Of a stretch of DNA of 64,000 bases, positions 22,737-36,659 are shown one piece after another (the first letter of the stretch is position 1; the number at the start of each line of letters is the position of its first letter). The DNA comes from Raillietiella orientalis (taxonomy: Eukaryota). The notes beneath the pieces were generated by a model. That model saw only the letters and a list, made by a program, of their open reading frames with translations. It was not told where the DNA came from and made no database searches. Where the stretch lies: contig JAYWIR010000019.1 of NCBI GenBank assembly GCA_036172245.1, positions 3,534,001 through 3,598,000 of the forward strand, in the 5' to 3' direction. Both the position numbers and the translations under genes were made by a program.

Positions 22737-25700
22737 TGCATCAAAAGTCGTTCCGTCAGAATAGGCTCAGGAACGGATTCATTAGGTTCATCTTTAATTA
22801 GAGGAAGTCATAAATGCATGAGATGTTATGAGATGATATGGCAAAGATAGGTGAGAATTGTTCAATGAAAAGTTGTTTGTTTTTTTTTTTTCTCCCCCGA
22901 GAACTATCATCTTGCTGGAAATTTAGACGAAGGCAAGACGATAGCTGTGATGTGTAGTCTTTGATTTGGGTGCATACCGTTCAACTCGGAGATTAAAGAT
23001 AAGGTAAAGACTCTCCGAAAGGCGGCAGCCACACATCTCAGCGAGGGATACAGTGGCGCGCCGAGGACTTGCACTTGATCAGATCGCAGCCATTCGATTG
23101 AAAAGTTCCAATCAGGGATGGAACGTGTGTTGAGCATCTCCGGCTCCGGTGGAAGGTCACTGCTGAGAGAGAGAGGGCTCTGACCAAGTCCCACTCTCGA
23201 ACAAGCACACTGCAGGTAACCAATCAGTGTGGAACGAGTTCAACGAAAGGAAGAATCAGGAAACTACTATCCCAGACAAACTTCCCAGGGAGGCCCACAT
23301 CAAGCATTCCATTCCAGTGTGAGCATCGTCAGCAGGGAATGGTTTTTCCCGACGTTCGCTATTCTTTTCACGCCACAGGATTCCGTCTAGTAACGTGGTC
23401 TCCTTTCTCTCTCTCTTTTGTAACCGCTCAAGCGAAAAGACGGGTCGAGGTCTCGAGTTCCGTGCAGAGCCCACGTCCAAGGAAGAAACGACGATGGCAC
23501 GTCGGGAAACGAAACGGAGTTCTTTCTGGTGAAGGAAGAAATGCTTGGGACCGTTTCGAAAGGGAAAGTGGCAGTCGACCACCGGCTTGGTACCAACGGC
23601 AACCGCACGGTGTGTGTTATCTTGCCTGACGACCGGGGAAACGCGTCGGCACGACGACAAGAATGGGAAGAACGAACAGACCAGAAGGAAATCTCTGGTG
23701 AAATCGATTCTGATCCTCGGAAACGACCCCCTTCCCCCCATCCCAGAGAAAAATGACACTCATCATTTGCATTTTTATAATGATTCCAGATCACCTCTTT
23801 TTTCTTTTCCGTAAAAATCGAAAAGGTCTTACGGAACGGATGATTCTGAAAACATCAGGTAAGCTAATCTTTCTTTGCATGCCAACGTCCCAGGAAAACG
23901 TTCCAGGAAAGCATAAATATAGATAAACAGTTGATGGAGCACAGTGGACTCCACTTGCAACGTGGCTCAGTGACCAGCAATAAACCCTGCATCTTTCTGA
24001 TGACGAAGGGATCAAGAAGTTCCATCGCAGAAATGTCGGCTTCTAGGAGCATACGGAGATTCGGAGCATTCATCTCAGGTTCTCTGCGGGTAAGTGGACC
24101 TGAAGGTCCACTTACCTTTGCTTCCGCTTCATGCATCTCTGTATTCTTCACTTCCCTTCACCAAAATTAAGCTGGAAAAACGTCTCCCTCGGAGCAGCTA
24201 ATCTTCGCGGACGTGACTTCCAAAATGACAAGGCGTGCCGCAAAGAGGGTCTCGAAGTTTCGCGAATCGTTCGGATTCGAACACGTGCACGTTTCCCGCA
24301 CACCCTTCTCGGGAAAATCTCCCTATCCCTCAGCATGTGTGCCCTTTTGATCCACTTGCATTTTTCATTAGGAGGAGCAGAGAACACGAGCGGGCACTAC
24401 TCGGAGAACTCGATTCGCTCCTTCCAAAAAACACCTTGCCTTCCGCCTCTCTTATTATTTCGAAAGCATCTGCTGCTGCACAGGTGAATGTAATTATTAT
24501 TATCATCATTATTGTGCTTTTTCGAATAAGAAGGAAAAAACTTATTCCCCCCCTCCCATCCTGTCCGGGGAGGAAGGGGGGGAGGAAGAGGAAGAAAGAA
24601 AGCTATGGCTTGTCGTGAAAACATCAATGAGAAGCAGAGCTTCAGAGGCATTCAGCAGAGAGGACAGAAGTCCCCAAAACGACGGGAGTTCACCGTCAAA
24701 TACCAGGGGCAGGACATATCTCATTGCTTTTTCCGAACTTGCTTTTGGTTTCTTCCGGTTTCCGAGCATTAATGATGCAGCCATGACATCAACTCTGCAG
24801 CAGTTACTGAGCGATGATCCTTTGTGCTTCCAGGGAACTGTTGAGAGGGGGGAGGGGGTAAGAAAGCTTCGATCGAAATTTGCATCTTCGAGTCGCTCCT
24901 CTGTGACTCTGCCGTTCCCGGAAGGAATAAGGAGCAGTCATTTCTCATCTCCATCGGTCACTGGATCTAAGGGGGAATCCCATTTCGGGCGAGGCTTCCT
25001 GACCTTGACAAACAAGGTGAATGCTCCTTCAGAAACACAAGAAAAAAAAAAAAAAAATCTCTACGTATGGCGACATCAAAAGGGCCTCAAAAGACAAGGG
25101 GATGTTCCGAAGTGTACCGGTGACGATGTTTCAGAAGAGTCGCCCTCGAAGTTCTAGTTGCTTCGATGAGATACCACACGTAGTGAAACCTCTGAGTGCT
25201 ATGGACGCATATATGCGTCTGGCAAATGTTTTTTTACCTTACACTCGCAGCATAATGATCAACACTATCCATGTTTGAGATGAACGGTGCACTTACGCTG
25301 TTTCAATTCCCTTAGCAAAGACAGTAAGCAAAATTCTACTCATATCGGCTGGCGGTTCTCGGTTTTTCAGAGTCTTTCCTCTGAAAAGTCGAGAATAGCG
25401 TATATTACAGTTGTGTCCTTTATAATTTGTTATGTTGTGCCACACCCAGGTGAGTTATTGATTTTATTGGAGTTATAATTTTTGAAAGAACATAATGTAT
25501 GTTTGGGAAAAATGAGTACATTTTGTTCAATGTGGTGTAAATAAACAGTCACAATAGTAACTTTAATCAGCACTTTATGTAGCCAATCGGTTCCTCGATC
25601 GAGTACGCGGCACGCGAAAGAGCATCCCCGTCCACAGAGATCTCGACTCGCGTGCCGTGAACACAAAACGTTTGAATCTGATGAGCTCTGCACTCAAAGA

Positions 25701-25752
25701 GTTAAGACATCTCCTACCTCAAGTGAAAGTTCGTTCCAAAGAAGGAACCCCA

Positions 25753-25778
25753 AGAGAGAGAGAGAGAGAGAGAGAGAG
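25753..25778. repeat. (AG)13 microsatellite
   Basis: Direct reading. Confidence 0.9.
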
Positions 25779-26539
25779 CTGAGGTCTCATTTTTCAGGAG
25801 AAGCGGCAGTGGCTTCAAATCTTCAAGAAGAGCCTTTGGCGAGAAGTTCCCAGTAGTGTTGAAGACTCCGTGGAGAGCAAAAAAGGTAAGCAAAGGCACC
25901 TTTTACTAGCAGTGATCCACTTTTCGAGGAAAGGAATGCAGCGTGGTCCCCTCTGGGAGTGTGAAAACAGCATGCACCCATCCCGTCTAGTGGACTCTGG
26001 AAGCAAATTTCCTTCACGCTGCTGGTTCCCGTGCCAGAACACGAAAACCTTCCTCGAAATCTTGCAGAAATTTTCTGGTTTGCTTTTTGGAGCACCGACG
26101 ATGAACCACAGCGCCTGCATGGATGTAGGAAAGAGACACGGAGAACGGAGAGAAGCTGGCTCAGATGCGCTTCCCAAGTTCCTAAGCCCCTCGCATCTCC
26201 TGGGCTCCCGCCTTAGCTTTCTCTTCAGCGATTTTCCTCTTCATGGTACAGGCATCTCAACCCGGGAACATCTCTGTGTTGGACAACACGGCGCTTTCTG
26301 TCGCGTGCCAGTTTTAGGTGATGAAACTGATCCTGCATGATTTCGTCCTCAGTCGCTGGGCAGTTGGCAAAGCGGATGTCTTGCAAGTCCCCGAAAGCTC
26401 CCCGCGCAGAATGCGCACATTTTTTCCTCTTCATCTTCTTCTCCCCCTTTGTTCTTGAGCGTCGCGTGTTTCCTGTGTGCACCAACGTAAGACAAGCTCC
26501 AAGTAGCGAGCACGCTGGCAGACCGAATGCCTCAAGCAT

Positions 26540-27000
26540 CCTCATAGAAACGAAGCTCAAAACTGTTCCCGTGGTGGGGCACCGCCCCGGATGAGCTCCC
26601 AGAGACAGTGTGTAGCGCTTTGGAAAATGGCGGCTGCTGATGCAGAGTGCGTGTTCCTGAGTTGCAACCGAAACGCGTTCGCACTTGATTCGTCTATGGC
26701 TTCATTGACAAAGGCTAGACAACTCCGGATGACCCTGGAACAGTCGGTCCAGGCAATGCCAGAAGCAACTCCAGGCATCAAGACAGGGAAGATATTCTGG
26801 AGCACTTTGGGAGCCACATCATGAAAAGTGCAGCAAATATCTCGTGCAGGAGTATTCTTGCAAATCGATCTCAGCCTTTTTTTTTTTTTTTTACTATTGC
26901 TGTTGCTACAGGTACAGCTTCCGTTCGTAAGCTTCAAGAAAGGTAGGCTTACTACTGTACCGGAATGGCCAAGGCTGAATCAGCAAGTTCATTCTATAAT
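26540..27000 (-). mobile_element. MULE/Mutator transposase remnant
   Basis: GTVVSLPFLKLTNGS, then VLQNIFP / SCFWHCLDRL (FP....CxxH), then LWELIRGGAPPR (W....GxPRTNN-like); frameshifted. Confidence 0.4.
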
Positions 27001-27649
27001 TATCCAGTGGCTAACTGCTCCAACAAGTACTCGTTCCACACTGCACCTCGATCTGCTACGAATGGGTCCATAGAAATTCAAAGGGAACTCTGCAGCTGAT
27101 TGATTAGATCCAAGGCTCACTCCTTCTTGTGTTTCAAAGCCAACAGGCTGCATGACTGTCCCCACTCCCTTCCGTTTTTCAGCACAGACGGGTCAGCGGA
27201 CGCATCTGCTCCGACAGTCTCATTGAGTATTCCCTGGTGTGGCTCTGCCTTCCCATTTGTCTCAAGGAGGCCGTGCGAAGCGACCAGCGGTCGTCATGAG
27301 GTTTTATCAGGTTGTACTCAAATGTATCAGATGTCCTGGGTCTTAAGTGTCTTCCCGAGTCCACACAAGCAAGGAATCCTGTTTACGCTGCACCCTGTGA
27401 CTTTGGAAAACGTATAAATTACGTCCTGCACGAGATGCTTGCTGCACGTTTCATGATATGGCTTCCAAGGTGCTCCAGAATATCCTCTCTGTCTTGATGC
27501 CTGGAGTTGCCTCTGTCATTGCCTGGACCGGCTGGTCCAGGGCCATCCGCCCAGAGGGAACCAGTCAGCGTTTCGTAAACGCGTGCTCAAAGCGTGATAA
27601 ACACTGATTCGTCAGTAATGGATGAGGCTTGAATGGATTGACAGATAGC

Positions 27650-28150
27650 CGATAGGAATAGCAATTCCAGTTGAAATCAGCTGCTTCGGAATCCACATGG
27701 ATCTTGGTATGTCATTTGAACTAACTATTTTCTAGGCGCTTCTTGGAACTATAGAACAATAAATTTGGGTGAATAAATCTTTGTATCGAGTGTTAATTTG
27801 TGAGGCAGCTGGAAGGGCATCGAGGGAAAAGAAAGATAAGGAGCAGTCCTGAGCACTAATGAAAGAAAACTGCACGAGAGAGTTAATTTGAAAGGCAGCA
27901 TCCTTCTCGACAGAATGAAATGCTTCAAAAGTCCCCGATGAAGATAATGAAACTAGAGCGCTCGGCGATGCTACCATCTGCTTATATGGCACCAATAAAA
28001 AAGATAGCCAAGAAAACTCATTATGCAGATGCAACCAGCGCTTGCAGACCTTCCTGTGCAGTTCAAGCCAGCATCTCAAATTTTTCACCACGAGTCAATA
28101 AGCATTAGGAAAATCCACTGGATTCAAATGCAGCTTTTGTTTCTTGGTAA
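27650..28150 (-). mobile_element. LINE APE endonuclease remnant (CR1/Jockey-like)
   Basis: SSFIIFIGDF (GDFN motif) at ~27925-27960, then LVQF..SLDAL and PRSMW..ADF. Confidence 0.45.
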
Positions 28151-30329
28151 TTAATTGGAGTTCAAAACAGCAATGAGGGGCAGATGGTGATGGATTTCCT
28201 GAAGGGAACTCAAAAAGCAGGAACTAGTGTGAGTACTAGAAGGCAAATGAGAATTCTGGAGAAGCGTTAGTCACTCATAATAGGCTGCAGGGAGGATGAA
28301 CGGGCTGCAAGAGCTGTCACCTGAGTCTTTTGAAAGGTCATAGGAACATGTGAATCCTTGATCGTGGGAACCTGCGGAGGATCGCCTACACGATTTTTTC
28401 CAAGTGAATTAACTTGGAGCATTCAGGATGAATGGAAATTCCAAAACTTAGATGAGCATCTTCCAGACTGCTGAAAAATGGAAGTGAGAATCAAGAGAAC
28501 CTCTCGACAGAGATTGCAACAGCCTCGAGGCAGAGAAGAAAAGTAAAGAACTGACTGCTCGAAATACTTCATATTGTCTCGAAGAAAAGAAGGAGATGGG
28601 GTTCGGAAGGAATTTGCACGGGGAGCAAGCAAAATCCGAGTAAGGATCAAGTGTTAGTCAGTGAACTGTGTCAATACGGACGCCGACTAAAAAGTATCGT
28701 TTCTTCCCTCACTAATGATCGGCCAAACGAGTTGCCAGGGAGCTTTACAAACTCTTCAACAACAGTTCTGATTCCACATCGTGATTTTGATTTTTTTTTC
28801 TAGCATTCCACATCGGCACCGTAAATTGGAGCGCAATTTTAGAATGATGGGAGAGAAAGAAAACTGGTCCTTATTTCGAGATCTTCTCCTGCTCTTCACT
28901 GAGCCCAAATTCGAAAGGGCTCGACTACCTCAGCGGAAGTGAAAACAAGGTGCTGTTACAAGACGCAATGAGCAGTACTGATGCTGCTAAAGGGGTCCAG
29001 TGTAACACGTAACAAGTGGCATGATAGGTCAGTTTCAGATACCGATTCCAAAACCAGATCTCATCGGAGAGACTGCGGTCGGAATCTCTACGTTACAAGA
29101 CCGTTCACCCAATCACGGACCAGGTCTTTTCGGGTGTACGAAAAGCAAAGCAAGCGGACATTTTTCAGTGTAATTTTGAAGAAATGGAATAGGAAAGCAG
29201 AACCTGATAAAATTGATGGAAACCGATTTTGCATGTCAAAAAAGCTGTACATCAAAAACGCGACTTGGGATAAAGAAACTCTTCTTTTATTGCTTCCAAC
29301 TGACTGGGACACAGTGCTCCTTTGATTTAGATGTGACAAATGCTCAAGTTGCGCTCAAACCGAGGAACTCCCACGAAACACATATCTGAATAATAATAAT
29401 AAAGCAGAACATAATCTGGAAGTCACGAAAGAATGTGCAGCTTTGGAGCCTTGGAGTTTCACATATGAATGACTGGCGGTAGATCATGAAGGAGCAGTCA
29501 TCAAAACGCTTGTACACTCAGTTTTGAATAAAGTTCTCTTCCTCTACATTCCTCCTTAATGTTCTGATTGGACGAGAAGTGAAGACGAGGTTGACATGGT
29601 AAGGATTGCTTGTCACCAAGGCGTCGCACCTCAACTTACTTAAACTAGTGGGAAACCGTGGCAAACTTTCAAAATCCTTCAAAACCTACGTAGGTAACTT
29701 CTGTCCCCAAGGAAGGATTCCTGATCCTTACTAAAGATCGTTTCTTCTCGCTGCAACTTCTTAGGATGTCTTCGAACAAGTGCAATAGACTGAAGATTAG
29801 AAGCTTGCTAGATTCATAGAAAGCATCGTGTTTGTAGAGGGATGCTGAGCGTTCCTTCACTCATGAGTGGGAGGTTTCTCGGTTTTGAGAAAAGAACTCA
29901 GACATCAAGGCACTGCTGTGTTTGGACACCGCGCACTTTAGGTGGTCAACAAATGCAACATAATGCAGCGATTGCTCAAAGTGCCCTTCGTTTTCATTGC
30001 CACTGCACCCTCTCTGAAGAACACGTGTTTTCTCTCCCTTGTTTTCTCTTTCCAAACAAAAAGGAATTCAATGAGCACGTGCAATATTGGATCCACGCGG
30101 AAGAACCGGCACTTTAAAATGTGGAAGCATGCAAACTTCTGGGTTCATCGGGATGAAAATCCATAAACAGTGCAGTTGACAAGGCAGATTTTTCTCAAGT
30201 GATGATGATCGTTCGAAAGAGATTCCATTTCCTTCTTCTTGTGCTTTGCTGAGTGCCGGGAATGAAAAAAGATGCAAATCCATATTCTATTCCTACGACG
30301 TTTTTTCATCTTCCTTGAAGCTTTTTGAA

Positions 30330-31030
30330 GTCATACCGCGAATGGAAGAGTTGTTTCCAATGTCGGCTTTTTCCCATCCATCAGATTTTTATGCTGAATT
30401 CCAGACAGGTTGGTAGAAAGACATATATTTGTTTTCTCTTCCTGCTCTCCTCAAGAGCAGTTTTTATAAAAGAGCACTTAACCAGGCACATGGGAGCGTA
30501 TTTCGGGCATGCTGGTTAGTAGAACTTCGGTGTTTCTGCAGATAATGACCTTATTATTTCTTAGAGTTCTCAGGTGTTCGATTTTAAATTAGGGAGTGCA
30601 TTTTTATTCATTTCCATCGACTCATCCCATGCCGCACCTACAATCTGAATGCTAAGACTTAGGTGGTCTTGGAGTTCGCATCTCTTCGAGTTCTTCCGCA
30701 TACTGATGGATTCTTTCGTCAATGCCCGCAAGAACGAGCGGGCATTTTCGCGTACAGATCTCTGCGTGACCCCTTTAGCGTGTCACCGAAAGCCAATAGC
30801 GTTCCCGGAGCACGCCTGCACAATTTTTCTTCGCCCACTCATCGCTTCTTGGTGCTTTGTGAGTGCAGTGCTGCCAGGTTCTTGGGATTACATCGCTCCC
30901 ACCTGCACGCATGGTTTTCAAATTACTGAGGATATCAGGAGGGCCACTCAGACACCAATTCTAAAACCAGATCTCATCGTAGAGACTGAGTCTGGAGCAG
31001 AATTCCTACTTAAAGGTGCTATCAGCTCAT
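30330..31030 (+). mobile_element. R2/NeSL-like non-LTR remnant with restriction-like endonuclease
   Basis: LFPIHQIFMLN (LKPxQR-like), HFPSTHP..DLGGLGV / SLRVLP, then DYIA..HGFQITEDIRRATQTPILKPDLIV (GFxV.EPxI.T..GxRKPDLV). Confidence 0.5.
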
Positions 31031-31599
31031 GAAGGGTACCACAGAACCCCCCATAACCATAATTTCAATGTCTATCATATCATGAATAATTACGCTTAAT
31101 CGACGCTTCCAGATGGAACCATCTGCTTCGGGTATTCCCTCTTTTCCCTGATTCTCATGTTACTTTGTGTTTCTGCTCCTTCTTCTGGATACAATCACTG
31201 ACCAAGTGTATCCACCAGATGAAAGAGAGCAGGGAATGGTTGCTTCGATGAAAGCGTGGTAAATGCTGTTTTTACCAGGAAAAAAAAAGGCCGACCTCAT
31301 GGTGGGGGAAGGGGTTGCGGTTCCTCATAAGTGCCTCTAAGACCCCCATTTCATCCTGGAGAAACGAAAACGGGAGACTGTGGATGGTACCTTGTTTCGG
31401 CGGTTGATTCGAATCCAGTCTCAAAGTGAACTCAAAGAAATCCATCCGGCGACTATGGGCGAAATAGGAAAGGCTCTGCGTCTGCAAGAGGAGCTGGGCG
31501 GGAAAGAAGTGTTCGCAGAAAAATAGGATGCTATTTTCATCGCGCTGTCACTCACAGACTTTCGAATGACTCAAGAGAATCTATTGGGAGCGGTTTGAA

Positions 31600-32400
31600 C
31601 AAAGAAAAGCCATACAGAGGTCACGAAATGTCCAAATTATTAAACTGCTGACGAAGAAAAAGCAGTGGCCAAAGGGTCGGATCAGGGAAGCACCACAGTG
31701 CAGCACGTGCCAAAGAAGAATCTCAGCAGCCAGCTGGCCGGCTGCGGTGGACTTTGTGTTGTTGAAAGAGCGAAGAGATTTTTTGTTTCTTTTTATCTCT
31801 TTTGCTGACTGTTCCTCATTGAAATATGCTCTTGTTAGAATGAAAAGCGGTCCTAAAAATGCCTCTGCTTTACCCCCTACATCCGAACTCGCGATCAGCC
31901 TCTGGAACCGAGCAGGAAGGCCATGCGTCCACCATACATTGCAAGGCTGTTTACCCAACCTAGGTACTAGGGCTTCCTCGGGTGTACGGAAGGTTAAGCA
32001 AGCTGAACTTCTTCAGTGTAACTTCGAGGAAATGAAATAAGAAAGCAGGACCTGGTAAGACTGATGAAGACCATTTTTTCTAGTCCAAAAAGCTGTTATT
32101 CAAAGTCGCGATTTGAACGGCAGCAATACTTCCAGCTCAGATTTCCAGAAGAAAACTTTGTCCAGAGATCGGGAACAACTGCGAAGATTTGTCTATGTCC
32201 TGGGAACATTCGGAGCAACACGACTTGTGAAATGAGTGGTTTGCAAGTTCGAGATTCCTCCGGTAGTATCCAGAACGGCGCATCGACGGTGGAGGCGCTG
32301 CTGGAAAACGAAATTTGCGGATGCACGGCACAGAACATGATGAAGGCAGGAGGGCATGAATCCTGTGGAAGGTGGCAACTCAGGGACCGGAACCCCACAT
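31600..32400 (-). mobile_element. LINE RT remnant (CR1/Jockey-like)
   Basis: FPGHRQIFAVVP (FPxxWKxAxVxP), then NVWWTHGLPARF..SSDVGGKAEAFL..FNEEQS (AFDxVWHxGL..G..W..FL..NG..S). Confidence 0.5.
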
Positions 32401-35199
32401 CGATCGGCCACGAACTCGATCCAAGCAGCAGTGACCTGGCAACCTCTGTCTTTGGTCGCTGACAAAGAACGGGAGGGATCACTGTGTGTATTCTCGTCTC
32501 TCTTATTCTTCTAGCCGAAGACTTACGAACCTTCCATTTGAAGCAGTCTGGAGTTCTAGCGTCGTTTACTTATCGTTATGCGTTGCATTCCCACTGATTC
32601 TGAGCGAAAATTTCATCCCATGTGCTCCAATTCGAAACTGATGTTGATAATTTCTGGGAAAACCTGCTTTCTATCCCTTTTAAAAGCATCAAAACAACAA
32701 CAACACATACTTGAAAAAGAAATAACTACTTCGAGATCTTTCGTAAGGTCAAAGACAAATGTGCTATCAAAGATGGCTTTCTATTCCGTTGGTAGCTGAC
32801 TGCTGCATTCGTGAGTTTCTAGATCAAAATTTTCGAGAGGTACGAGCTGCAAACTTGCTGTGGGCATCTCGAACGTTTACCCTTTGTCCACAAAAGGCAT
32901 CTGCCTGCTGAGAGACAGAAGACTTATTTTTCGTTTGAAGGATGCTCGGATTCCAACGGAAATTAAAGGAGTCAACGACATAATAATGACATAACAAGGG
33001 GCTAGTTTTCGTGTGACTAACGAAAAGGAATTATGCCATGTTCAGTACACTAAGCGGTTCCAAGGGATGTGTACCACATCCCGGAGTTACCTTGAAAGCC
33101 GTAAGTGATTTTTCAGATCGAGAAGATTTTTGGGTTTCATGAAGGCGCGTTTCCGTAGGCCATTTTCAAATTCTGCTTTCTGCAAAATCATCGCTTCATT
33201 AAAAAAAAAAAAACTAATGAGCATTCCTGTCTGCATTTCCTTGTAGCTCGATAAATTATCCGTGCGATCCTTTCTCACCCCTTAGAAATCCTTTTAAGTT
33301 CGATCTTTGAGCATCTTCTGTACATGCAATTTATGATTCAGGCATCTTTAAAGTGAGATGCTTCCAATTAAATATGGCTTGTAAAACCCGCGTGGGGAAC
33401 CTGGACTTAATGGTCAATAAGGAATAGGAAGTTAATACTCTTTCACACTCCAGCGATTCTGCTGCTCATATATTTTTATCCCGGAGCGAGTGAAATTGCT
33501 GGAAATCTATCGTCAATTCTGGATGGCATTTGACACGTTCCAATTTATTCAATAAGTGATGCTTAATATCCAGTCGAATAGCATATCCCCTCTCTCCTCC
33601 AAATAAAACTCGCCTTTTATTATCATCTAGACTGCAAATCTAAACATCGATACCCTAAGGATGGCAGATGGATGTATGGTTAGTCATCGGTCGATTTTTT
33701 TGAGCAGCTCCTGGTCACCTCGGCAACCATCTTAGGTACCAAAGAGTTAATCCTTTTACTGTGCTGTTAGTTACATACTGATTGATGAACTCCACTCATC
33801 GCTCATCACTCCACTCGCATCCGTTTAGAGTTCGAATGCGTCCATTTCTCTGCAGTTCCATTTTTTGCAATCGAATCTGGAGACTGTTCGGACATCTGGG
33901 TAATGCATTTTCATTGGGAATCCATTTACCGGAACATAACCCTTTTCCTTCAGGTCCCCCAGAAAACACGCGAATTGCATGCTAGGATCTCCAGCAAATT
34001 TCAAATGGACTCAGAATCCTGCTTTCTCTCAGGATCCTGGTTTATTGCTAATTACTGTTAGGGCCAAAACTATTCGAGAAGTCCCGAATAACCCCTTCTT
34101 GGTAACCTTTGCATGCAGTTCTTGGCAACTCTGGTCATCTGTTGTAATTGCTACGCGGCTCCTCAAATTCCCTTTCCTTCTACGCACCGATTCATTACAA
34201 ATTCAACTGAAGACTCCCTTTGAAGCAATTTGTTTTTTTTCCTCTCTCTTTTGTTCTTTGTCCTGAACCGGAATGGGGGAAGAAAAAATTTCAGGATCTC
34301 TTATATGCCATTTGTATCCCTATGAAAAAGACCCCTATTCATTTTAGGTTTCACCGCCAGCATTCCGTCTAGAACACAAACATTCAAAGTGAAAAGCAAT
34401 CTTTCCTTCTATTTTCAGATATATGGATGTTTGGATGATTGCAACGGATTTCTTGCAGTCGTTTTCAGCCACGTGATTTATTTCTTTCTACGGCTATGAT
34501 TTTTTCCCTCAACTCACATTCACCTCCCTAATTAATTGGACCGAAACGCTAGTGTCTGCAGTATACAGGAGATTAGTTGCCAGGATTCCTTTCACATGCT
34601 CCTTGTGTTATCGTCCGTTGTATCAAGGGTGAGCCTTTTCTTTCAAAAGAACTCGTGGTCGTCGTAAAGGCCATAAATCGAATACAGATGAGCTATTTCC
34701 TTGATAATTAGATAATCGAGCTGGGGTTCAAGCACGGTATTACCTCATGCCCACTAAAACAGACTGTTCTTTTCTTTCCGCATTTCTTTTCTCATTTACT
34801 CTGTCGATCTCTATCTGCTTGTGGCCATTTTACTTAATCTTACTTTTTCCAGGGTGCTTCCGATGCTCCCACATTTTGGGGGCTCCAGTATCTTTGCTCG
34901 TTCTGATTAATCCTTGGAATTATCAGTCTTTCAATTTCTACTTTCTCAATTTAAAGTTAGGATCTCATTTATCGAAGGCATCATCAACCCTTCATCGTAT
35001 TTCCCTGCTCAGATCAAAAATTGAATGTTAAAATTCAACGGGTATTATATAAAGAAAGAAATGCAAGAATGTCGTATGATCCCCATACAAGAAGAAAAGA
35101 GAAGTGAAAACGTATCTTCTGGTGTCAATCGTGAAAAAAGTGTCCAGTGGATTCGAACTCTAAGTATTCACTCCTTGCAGCCATGGGCGACCCCTTTTG

Positions 35200-35900
35200 C
35201 CGCAACAGCCCTCACGTGCGGCGGTTATCGTCTTAGACGCAGAGATGCCCAGCTTCTTTGTTTACCATACGAACGCTGTTTCACACTCTTATTTCACAGG
35301 TCCAACGATCAAGTACGTGAACATCCTGAAGGCCATAAATTCCGAAGTTGTCAGTGCTTTCCGCTCGACCTCACTAAAGGAGCATGAGAAATTAATACTA
35401 CTGGTACTCCATCCGATGGAAGATACCGCGTGTGCACTTTTATTTGGTGTTTGTTTCCCCGTGCACAATTGCTGACGACTGACGCAAAACAAACAGTCAT
35501 CAGGGATGTTGAAGCACCTCGGTTTACGTGTTTCTAAGCACTTTTGCTTGTATGGCACGGCATCCTTTGGATCTTGGGCACAAAACCTCGCCGAAATTCA
35601 AGGAAGACGAACCACGAACCAAGTCCCCTACATCAGGCCCGCCTCGGTGGCGCAAGAGTTGTTGTTTCGTGCACCATAATGATCCTAGTGTGATGCTCCG
35701 ACAAGCGGAAATCCAAGTACCGAATGGCGTCCGTTTCACGAGGTGTATTCTTCCGGGAAACATCCAAATTCACTATCGTCAGTAGCTTCCTACCCGGGAC
35801 TCCTTCTTGTTCATCCAGTGATGAGGATTTCGAGTAAGACCTTCCGCATAACTGTCTCGGAAGATTTTCCCATGCCGCCGTATTTAAGGAATCATATAAA
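35200..35900 (-). mobile_element. Gypsy-type RT-RNase H remnant
   Basis: LCGRSYSKSSSLD..NLDVSRK; GRIHLVKRTPFG (RxPFG); SFSEVERKALT..AFRMFTYLIVG (YSxxEKExLA..FxxYLxG). Confidence 0.5.
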
Positions 35901-35959
35901 TGTTTAGGAGGCTGCACTGCTTTACTCTTTCTCTCCGATGCTTTACGGAAGAACCGACT

Positions 35960-36364
35960 TGTGAAGATGAACCTCTAGCGCAAAAGGGCTCTACTTTTTT
36001 CTTTGCCTTGCTGTGCATCAAGAACGAATACGTGAAACCCACAGATACTCCTTTCATACGGAAAGGAAAGACAGAGTGGGATCGGACCAGTGCACGCCAT
36101 CGAAGGTTGAGCGAGGGAACGGTTCAGAGCGGAATTCTTGACCGTGTGGATCTTCCCAAACATTAAGAATGACACTATCATTCTTTGGATTTTCGCAGAC
36201 ATCCAATTTGGAGCTGGAAAACGGTGGAACATGTAACTTCCATTCAGAGGCCTGCAATTCTTACGGACCCGAGAAAAAAGCATGAAGAGAAGGAAAACTC
36301 TCGTTTGTTGAAGTTTCTTTGTCTTCCAAGAATCATGGCAATCAGGAAGCCAGCCACAGAACAC
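35960..36364 (-). mobile_element. LINE RT N-terminal remnant
   Basis: DSWK..KNCRPL..SAKIQRMIV..KNSALN..Q matches PxxWK..NYRPIS..SKIxExII..Q. Confidence 0.4.
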
Positions 36365-36659
36365 TGAAATGAACTCAGTGGATAGCAGAGTTAGGTGGTG
36401 AAGAGGGATTTCTCTTTAAAGGTTTGACTTGAAGAGTCAAGTCATAATGCTTAGTTGAGGACCACGTACAGAGGTCCCGTACACTGAGCCAGAATCAGGT
36501 CACGCCCAGAGAGCAGAGGGGAACGCATGCGAAATGAAAGCATTCGCAGCTGTCAGGAAGCCACCCCCCTTTTCCGAAGAAAAGAGCCAAGTCACTCTGA
36601 GATGCTGTTTCTACCTGAATGGAGCATTACTTCAGAATTGATTATAAGTGTGGATGTTA

